NCBI GenBank assembly: GCA_964508365.1
Contig: CAZDTP010000060.1
Span: 1-21,013, forward strand
Reading direction: 5' to 3'
From: an uncultured archaeon
GTDB lineage: Archaea > Asgardarchaeota > Lokiarchaeia > Sigyniarchaeales > SOKP01
Length of the DNA stretch: 21,013 nt
The translations under genes and the position numbers were made by a program. The notes under the pieces are model-generated. The model was given only the letters and a program-made list of their open reading frames with translations, ran no database searches and was not told the origin of the DNA. The stretch's first letter is position 1. Every line of letters starts with the position of its first letter. Of this stretch, positions 14,799 through 21,013 are shown one piece after another.

Positions 14799-17135
14799 TT
14801 AGGAGTTATTTTGGTATTTAAATCTACTTAGTTTATATATTTCTTGAGCAATTTTCTTTCCAACACTTTCAACTTTCATTAAATCCCCAATATCGGCATT
14901 AAAAATCTCTTGGAGCGATTTTAATTCCCTTAGTAAGTTCTTAGCTCTAAGAGCATTTATACCAGGAATACCCGCAACGATGAATTCTAACAAACTTGAA
15001 ATTTCTATTGGTTTTTTATCAAACCTTAATTTTAAATCCATTTTTGAATCCGATTGCTCTTTTTTCGCTAACTGATAAATAAACATCGCAGAGTCAGATG
15101 GATCGTTTGTTTTATATATAGTAATTCCTAAATTTAGAATAATTGATGTGATCGCGCCGTAGAGTGCGTTTTGGTTAATATTCGAATTTAAAAAAGGGTC
15201 TCCTTCTAATATTAATATGGGTCTAGCAAAGTTGTTCTTTAACTCAAATAATTCGTTAAATAATCTCCCATCCTTGACCGAATCGTTAAAGTCTTGTGCT
15301 GATTTTCTTTCGATCCCAACTCTTTCTGAGAGTATATAGTCTGCAACAGTTAATTGCTTTAGTACTAAATTAACTCCCATTAAGGACAATGCTCTAACAA
15401 CGGCAGAGGCTGTTTCTCTATTATCACAAACAACCGTGTAGTCTTCAGTACCCTTAATCTTCTTGATAAACGATAAATCTGAAGTTTTTGTAAGATTGCT
15501 GGAATCTTTACTATCTTTATCTTTTTTTATAAAATTTAAAAGGTTAGATTGTCCTGCTTTAGAACCCATATCATGTTCTTTCATAGTTTTTAAACTTTGA
15601 TTCATAACACGTTCCTTAGCCTTTTCAGCCCAATAATAACCTTCATCACGAGTACCTTCAGCCATTAATATGAAGACCTTTCCTTCTTTTTTTCTCCCTG
15701 TTCTTCCACGACGTTGAATAGAACGTACAGCACTTGGTACAATATCATAAAATATTACTAAATCACATTCTGCTATATCTAAACCTTCTTCTCCAACACT
15801 CGTAGCAATTAATGTGTTATAAATTCCTTCTTTGAACTCTTCAAGTAGTTGTATTTGTTCTTTTTGAGTTAGACCTTTATCTAGAGATTTAGTAACTTGC
15901 CCTACAAATTTATGAGCCTTTATAACTTCATCTCTTTCAATAAATTTAACTATATTGTTGACAGAGTCTCTAAAATGACAAAATACTAATATTCTCGAGT
16001 CTCTATTGTTGATGATCTGATTATGTAAAATTGCCGCGAGTTTCTCTAGTTTAGGATGAACGATACCTTTTTGTTTGTTAGTTTCAATTATCTTAAGAAC
16101 ACGCTTTATAGCAGAATCTCCAAAAAGTTCTTTTAGTGACTTATTTGCTGTATTTTGTTTTATTTTTTTAATGTTTTTTTTCATGTAATCATCTAATGCG
16201 CTTACTCCTTGAGTCTCAATAAGTTCATCCATATGAGATAATCTTATCGCATTTGCTACAAACTTTTTCGCATTAAATAGTTGAGACTTCTCCTCATCTG
16301 TTCTTGAAGATGAAATTCTTCCATTTATTACTCTGTCTAACGCAAGTAAATCTTTTCTAGTAACCCTTGTAATATCTGATGAATTTAATAATTCCTGTTG
16401 TTTTAACCATTTATATATTGTTCTTAATTTTTCTGTTATTATTATTTTGATGTCCATAAATTCACTTGGGAGCTTAACTTTTATCCATTCGTTATCAACA
16501 TTATAGATATAAGGTTTTACATCCAAATCTTGTTCTGTTCTGATTTCGACACGGTCTATATACAAATTCTTCCTTATTTCGTTAATCTTCCCTTCCGTAG
16601 ATCCTGGACTTGCTGTAAGCCCTAAAATTTGATGGTTCTTAGCGGTTTCCACATATTTCTTAGCAATAAAACAATAAGCGTAATCTCCTACACTCCGATG
16701 ACATTCATCAAAAATTATTAACGATACATCGTCTAACGAATAAACATTGGAAATAATATCATTTTGAAGTACTTGCGGTGTCATAAAAGCAATTTTTAAG
16801 TCCTTCCATATCTCTCTCCTTTTTTCTGGTAAGGTGGTTCCAGTAATTGCTTTTAAGTTTTCCTCAGGAATAACTGTTAAATCTAAAAAAGATTTATAAT
16901 GCTGATTTACGAGTGGCTTGGTTGGAGCTAAGAAAATTATTTTAGAATTAGGTGTTTCTGATAATCTGTGGACTGCTAACATTAAAGCAATTATAGTTTT
17001 TCCTAATCCCGTTGGAATGACAACTAAACAGTTTGTATTAAGACAATTTATAAAAATATTTTCTTGGTATGCTCTCCTCAGAACAAAGTCTTCCTTTAAA
17101 AGCGGGTGGGATATAAAATCTTCTTTATTTGATAC
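14799..17135 (-). CDS. hef: Hef (FANCM/XPF-like) SF2 helicase + ERCC4 nuclease + HhH; start lies upstream of the track ATG at 16982
   Basis: The extension upstream of 16982 encodes RRAYQ and Walker A IPTGLGKT; also DECH, LGLTASPG, QRRGRTGR, nuclease DNRE and ERKSAQD, HhH GIPGI and VGKKIA. The frame is closed by TGA at 17136-17138. Confidence 0.93.
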   Translation of the reverse strand, partial: VSNKEDFISHPLLKEDFVLRRAYQENIFINCLNTNCLVVIPTGLGKTIIALMLAVHRLSETPNSKIIFLAPTKPLVNQHYKSFLDLTVIPEENLKAITGTTLPEKRREIWKDLKIAFMTPQVLQNDIISNVYSLDDVSLIIFDECHRSVGDYAYCFIAKKYVETAKNHQILGLTASPGSTEGKINEIRKNLYIDRVEIRTEQDLDVKPYIYNVDNEWIKVKLPSEFMDIKIIITEKLRTIYKWLKQQELLNSSDITRVTRKDLLALDRVINGRISSSRTDEEKSQLFNAKKFVANAIRLSHMDELIETQGVSALDDYMKKNIKKIKQNTANKSLKELFGDSAIKRVLKIIETNKQKGIVHPKLEKLAAILHNQIINNRDSRILVFCHFRDSVNNIVKFIERDEVIKAHKFVGQVTKSLDKGLTQKEQIQLLEEFKEGIYNTLIATSVGEEGLDIAECDLVIFYDIVPSAVRSIQRRGRTGRKKEGKVFILMAEGTRDEGYYWAEKAKERVMNQSLKTMKEHDMGSKAGQSNLLNFIKKDKDSKDSSNLTKTSDLSFIKKIKGTEDYTVVCDNRETASAVVRALSLMGVNLVLKQLTVADYILSERVGIERKSAQDFNDSVKDGRLFNELFELKNNFARPILILEGDPFLNSNINQNALYGAITSIILNLGITIYKTNDPSDSAMFIYQLAKKEQSDSKMDLKLRFDKKPIEISSLLEFIVAGIPGINALRAKNLLRELKSLQEIFNADIGDLMKVESVGKKIAQEIYKLSRFKYQNNS

Positions 17136-17242
17136 TCAAATCACCAGTAAATATCATAACGAAACTCTTTCAAAGAGATATCGCTTAGAAATTTATTAAA
17201 GTTACAGAGTCTATAGAATCTCTTAAATTATATTAATACCTT

Positions 17243-17250
17243 TTTAATAA
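17243..17250 (+). promoter_or_regulatory. Candidate TATA box for tRNA-Val
   Basis: TTTAATAA about 30 nt upstream of tRNA G1; the region is AT-rich, so the call is weak. Confidence 0.35.
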
Positions 17251-17280
17251 TTAATCTATAGTATTTATTCACAATAGGCT

Positions 17281-17446
17281 GCGCGAGTGGTTTAGACGTA
17301 TAACGACACTTTCTAACGTGTTATTTTGGAAAGCGTTAAACGCTCACACCGTGTAAATTTTCGCTAATTCAAGGCGTCAATCTCGACGGTCGGGGGTTCA
17401 AAAGTCTGAAAAATTCTTTTAAACTGAAAAATTCCCCCCTTGCGCA
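17281..17446 (+). tRNA. tRNA-Val(CAC) with three introns: 17308-17339 (28/29), 17356-17387 (44/45), about 17402-17431 (58/59, or 59/60)
   Basis: Removing 32+32+30 nt gives a 72-nt cloverleaf: GCGCGAG TG GTTT AGACGTA TAAC G ACACG CT-CAC-AC CGTGT AGGTC GGGGG TTCAATT CCCCC CTTGCGC A. Each intron forms a BHB-like motif; A73 fits Val. Confidence 0.85.
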
Positions 17447-17558
17447 CTTTCACTAACCATGTAAAAACAATTGTTCTAATTGATATCGGAAGAAAACCAA
17501 AAAAGTTTTATTTTAAAATACATTTTTAAAGACAGTTACTAATTCTTAGGTTTATGCT

Positions 17559-17861
17559 ATGTCTTCTTTTTTAGAATCTCGTGAATTGAGGAAGTTATAT
17601 AAAGAAGTTCGAAAAACAATTAAAGTTGGTTCAATATTTCTTACAAGATATGAAAAAGCCCGAATTACTGGCGCTAGGGCTTTACAAATCTCGTTCGGAG
17701 CTCCTATCCTAATAGAGAAGCCAAAAAATGTTATCGATCCAATTAAAATCGCACTATTAGAATTAAAAGCAAAAATCTTACCATTAACTATAAGGCGTAA
17801 ATATCCAAGCGGAGAATACCAAGATATTTCCATTAATAAGTTGATTCTTAAGAAGGATTAA
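17559..17861 (+). CDS. rpoK: DNA-directed RNA polymerase subunit K (Rpo6)
   Basis: LTRYEKARITGARALQISFGAP...DPIKIALLEL...PLTIRR. Confidence 0.96.
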   Translation: MSSFLESRELRKLYKEVRKTIKVGSIFLTRYEKARITGARALQISFGAPILIEKPKNVIDPIKIALLELKAKILPLTIRRKYPSGEYQDISINKLILKKD

Positions 17862-17867
17862 TGCATT

Positions 17868-18500
17868 TTAGCTATTCATAGGAATCAATTTTCTTAAATG
17901 AACAATTAGATCATTGTATTCTTGAATGTTTACTTTTAATAAGATTTTTTGATTAAAATCTTCATTATTTGGTTCTTTAATACAATAAAAAATAATGTAA
18001 TGTGATCTTCTTTTTTGAATAGATGCTATTTTGAAATAATTTAAATCTATAAACATCATATCTTTTATTCGATTTAATATGTTGGGGGAAAATTTAGAGT
18101 CGTCAATCAAAAAACTATAATTTAATTCTTTTTGAATCCATCTTTTATTAGTTAATATATATATTTCATTATAGTTCTTTAGGTCAATTAATTTCAAATC
18201 CAATTTCTTGGTACCTTTTTTAAACTCTCGAAGGAAAATCCCAAGTGCTATTATTATAACAGTATAAAAGATAGATACAACGATTAAATAAGAAATAATA
18301 GGATTAACTTCGATATTAGTAAAAAATATATAAAAAGTTCCTTCCCAATTAGGGATATACCAAAAGAATAGAGCGATAACAGTTATTATAATTCCTAAAA
18401 GAGACATCACTAACAGAATTCTTGTCAAATAATTTTTTACTTGACATCTTTTCCATAAAATATATTCGTCGTTTTGTAAAAAATGATTTATTCGCTCCAT
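17868..18500 (-). CDS. Two-TM membrane protein with possible bacterial PH-like C-terminal domain
   Basis: Two hydrophobic helices followed by YILTNKRWI, resembling the Y-x-l-T-n-k-R motif of bPH-type domains. Confidence 0.6.
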   Translation of the reverse strand: MERINHFLQNDEYILWKRCQVKNYLTRILLVMSLLGIIITVIALFFWYIPNWEGTFYIFFTNIEVNPIISYLIVVSIFYTVIIIALGIFLREFKKGTKKLDLKLIDLKNYNEIYILTNKRWIQKELNYSFLIDDSKFSPNILNRIKDMMFIDLNYFKIASIQKRRSHYIIFYCIKEPNNEDFNQKILLKVNIQEYNDLIVHLRKLIPMNS

Positions 18501-18512
18501 TATCCTTTAATC

Positions 18513-18974
18513 TTATTGAATTCTATATTTCCCCCTCTCTGTTAAAATGTATACATTTTTCCCTTCGACCAATTCAACTTCTAAATAACCTTTCGATACT
18601 AAAGAATCTAAAAATTTTTCCAAATCTGCTTTTTTGAATGGTTCGATACCTAAAGGAAGCCTACTCTGATTAACAATAATCGCGATTCGCGTTAGGAACA
18701 TTCTTTTACTAGTAAAAGATTCAAGCACCGTAAGCTCATCATTTGTTAGGCGTTCAAACTGATCGTGTTCTATATATCGTTCTTTAAGAGCGTTTGCTAG
18801 GTTTTGTGTCTGAGGACTTATTTCTTGTTTCTTTACTTCGACATGTTTTAATTGGACGAGGTCTTTTGCAACTGGAGTTATCTTAGACTGAGCCATTTGT
18901 TCTATATAATCGCGAATTTTTTCTTTATCCCCCGAGTCTTTTTTCACCTTATCGTGTTCGTTTTTCTTTTCCAT
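18513..18974 (-). CDS. Hypothetical protein with C-terminal winged-helix domain
   Basis: Charged N-terminus; LEKFLDSLVSKGYLEVELVEGKNVYILTERGK matches a PadR/MarR-like recognition helix and wing. Confidence 0.65.
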   Translation of the reverse strand: MEKKNEHDKVKKDSGDKEKIRDYIEQMAQSKITPVAKDLVQLKHVEVKKQEISPQTQNLANALKERYIEHDQFERLTNDELTVLESFTSKRMFLTRIAIIVNQSRLPLGIEPFKKADLEKFLDSLVSKGYLEVELVEGKNVYILTERGKYRIQ

Positions 18975-19019
18975 AATAATACGATAAGAAATTTAATTAT
19001 AAAAATTTATATTTAATTA

Positions 19020-19586
19020 ATGAAAGAAGTAGTCAAGCTAAAGAACGGAGAAAAAATTCTCATCAGACATGTCATTGAATCCGATATTGATGGCATTTGG
19101 AATAATTTTAATGAAGTCGTTGATGAAGGAATCTATCTTCCGGTATTATTTCCTGTTAGATCAAAATTTGAAAAACAATCATGGTTTCATAATATTGAAA
19201 AAGAAAGAGAAATATGTATCGTAGCAATTCAACCAACAATGATAAGTCCACACAATATTTTAGGCCAATGTGAGATATCAAATCTCGAATGGGACGCCGC
19301 TACTCATGTTGGTAGCTTAGGCGTAATTGTTCAGAAAAATTTCCGAGATTTAGGTATTGGCTTTAATTTAATAGATAAAGCTATCCGCGAATCAAATAGA
19401 TTATACAATAAGGAGAAAATAATTCTAAGTTGTTTTTTAGATAATGAGAGAGCTCTCTATCTTTACAAGAGAATTGGTTTTAAAAAGACCGGAATAAGGA
19501 AAAAGCAATTTTACATGGACTCGAGTTACTATGATGAAGTATTGATGGAACTCTGGATCGACGATTATCTAAATAAGAATCCTTGA
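19020..19586 (+). CDS. GNAT-family N-acetyltransferase (RimJ/RimL-like)
   Basis: RDLGIG acetyl-CoA motif, HVGSLG, NERALYLYKRIGFKKTG, YYDEVLM. Confidence 0.9.
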   Translation: MKEVVKLKNGEKILIRHVIESDIDGIWNNFNEVVDEGIYLPVLFPVRSKFEKQSWFHNIEKEREICIVAIQPTMISPHNILGQCEISNLEWDAATHVGSLGVIVQKNFRDLGIGFNLIDKAIRESNRLYNKEKIILSCFLDNERALYLYKRIGFKKTGIRKKQFYMDSSYYDEVLMELWIDDYLNKNP

Positions 19587-19925
19587 TGATTGAAGTCATT
19601 CGGAAAATTCGTATTTTTCCATTATTTCATTTAATTAAGATCTTCTGTATGCACAAATGGTTTTTTGAGGTCTCATTAGCAATTATTTGTTCACACAAAT
19701 TAATGTAGGAAAAAAAAAAAGAAAACAATAAATGCATATATTTACTTCGATCTTATAGATAAAAAATTAATTTTTCGAATGAAACACTCTAAGACATCTC
19801 ATTTTTTTTGTAATAAAAAAAATTTATATATACCAAATTTATTATTATGATAATTTGAATTTGTTATAATTTATCGATATTATTATACCTATTAAAAAAA
19901 ATAATATAGATAAACCATAAAAAAT

Positions 19926-19941
19926 CAAAAGTTTTTATAAA
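19926..19941 (+). promoter_or_regulatory. Candidate BRE/TATA of the actin gene (leaderless or near-leaderless mRNA)
   Basis: CAAAAG followed by TTTTTATAAA, ending about 24 nt before ATG 19965; no SD motif. Confidence 0.5.
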
Positions 19942-19964
19942 TTTAAATTAAAAAGCTGAATATT

Positions 19965-21013
19965 ATGGCAGAAGAAGAAAGTTTTTTAAACGCAAAAGCC
20001 TTAGTGGTTGATAATGGAACTGGAATCTCCAAGAATGGCTTCGCAGGTGAAGACCAACCTCGTTCTGTATTTCCAACTCTTATTGGTTATCCAAAATATG
20101 AATCGATAATGACTGATGTTGAACACTACACTCGTGAATACTATATCGGAGAAGAAGCAATGCAATTGAAAGGTGTTCTAAAGCTAATGTTTCCAGTAGA
20201 ACATGGTATTATCGAAGATTGGACCGCAATGGAAAAGATTTGGCATTACACTTTTTATACAGACTTGAGAATCGATCCTAGCGAACACCCGGTTCTATTA
20301 ACTGAAGCTCCATTGAACCCTAGACCAAACCGAGAAAAAATGGCTGAGATTATGTTTGAAACCTTTAATGTTCCAGCCCTTTATGTAGCAATGCAAGCAG
20401 TTTTGTCGCTATATGCTTCTGGTCGTACAACGGGATGCGTTATAGATATTGGGGATGGAGTATCTCACGTAGTACCTATCTTCGAAGGCTTTGCTCTAAG
20501 TCATGCAATCCAAAGAATCGATCTTGCTGGCCGTGATATCACAACGTACCTACAAAGATTACTTCGACAGAAAGGATACTCATTTACAACTTCTGCAGAG
20601 AAAGAAATTGTTAGAGATATCAAGGAAAAACTCTGCTATGTAGCAATCGATCCAGAGAAAGAAATGATGCTTTCAAAGAAAGTTGCTGGAATGGAAAAAA
20701 GCTACATGCTTCCTGACGGAGAAACTATAAATGTAGGTGTCGAACGATTTTTAGCACCTGAATGCTTCTTCAATCCATCAGTAATCGGGAAAGAATTAGA
20801 ACCTCTCGATGATGTAATTGTCGGTGCTATTTCAGAATGTGATGTCGACCTTCGTAGAGACCTTTATGGCAATATTGTACTTTCTGGCGGTTCAACAATG
20901 TTCCCTGGAATCAAGGAAAGATTAACAAAAGAAATTAAAGAACAGATTCCAGAATCAGTTGATGTAAAGATAATTGCCCCTCCAGAGCGTATGTATTCCG
21001 TATGGATTGGTGG
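19965..21013 (+). CDS. Asgard actin (Lokiactin-like), 3' end truncated by the window; absent from the ORF track
   Basis: [37 protein letters not shown]...EHGIIEDW...LLTEAPLNP...[11 protein letters not shown]...[12 protein letters not shown]...DLAGRDIT...[13 protein letters not shown]...LPDGE...[11 protein letters not shown]...[15 protein letters not shown]. Confidence 0.97.
   Translation, partial: MAEEESFLNAKALVVDNGTGISKNGFAGEDQPRSVFPTLIGYPKYESIMTDVEHYTREYYIGEEAMQLKGVLKLMFPVEHGIIEDWTAMEKIWHYTFYTDLRIDPSEHPVLLTEAPLNPRPNREKMAEIMFETFNVPALYVAMQAVLSLYASGRTTGCVIDIGDGVSHVVPIFEGFALSHAIQRIDLAGRDITTYLQRLLRQKGYSFTTSAEKEIVRDIKEKLCYVAIDPEKEMMLSKKVAGMEKSYMLPDGETINVGVERFLAPECFFNPSVIGKELEPLDDVIVGAISECDVDLRRDLYGNIVLSGGSTMFPGIKERLTKEIKEQIPESVDVKIIAPPERMYSVWIG

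Noticed and set aside
17305-17332. Alternative anticodon readings of the 17281 tRNA (Arg-UCU at about 17312, Pro-UGG at about 17327)
   Set aside because: Neither gives a paired 5-bp stem with a 7-nt loop; both lie within the stem of intron 1, whereas the Val(CAC) parse yields a complete cloverleaf.
16918-18637. ORFs 16918-17199 (+), 17552-17833 (-), 18422-18637 (+)
   Set aside because: Antisense to hef, rpoK and the neighbouring genes.
1-21013. CRISPR array, IS or transposase, prophage, rRNA
   Set aside because: No regularly spaced repeats, terminal inverted repeats with target duplications, integrase/transposase motifs or rRNA-like GC-rich segments were seen.

Overview
AT-rich archaeal chromosomal window, very probably from an Asgard archaeon (Lokiarchaeia-like): it has TFB, Rpo6/RpoK, Hef, BHB-intron tRNAs, a Rab-like GTPase and a eukaryote-like actin (cut by the right edge). 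In order: 3' half of a tRNA-Ser; tRNA-Lys(CUU) with a T-loop intron; two tandem paralogues of apparent RHH-HisKA-REC architecture with no ATPase domain; a divergent TFB; a DUF47/PiT/DUF47 cluster; a Zn-ribbon protein; tldD-pmbA; a 2-phosphoglycerate-kinase-like gene; a 35-aa membrane ORF; DUF1616; a UDP-sugar decarboxylase; a Rab-like GTPase with a C-terminal Zn ribbon; a class-III aminotransferase; hef; a tRNA-Val(CAC) split by three non-canonical introns; rpoK; a membrane protein; a winged-helix protein; a GNAT; actin. The strongest leads are the RHH-pseudokinase-receiver pair, the three-intron tRNA-Val, and several genes whose reading frames appear to require ATA/GTA initiation behind a GTGA Shine-Dalgarno (SD) motif. 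No CRISPR array, rRNA or mobile element was seen. All family assignments come from motif recognition, not database searches.
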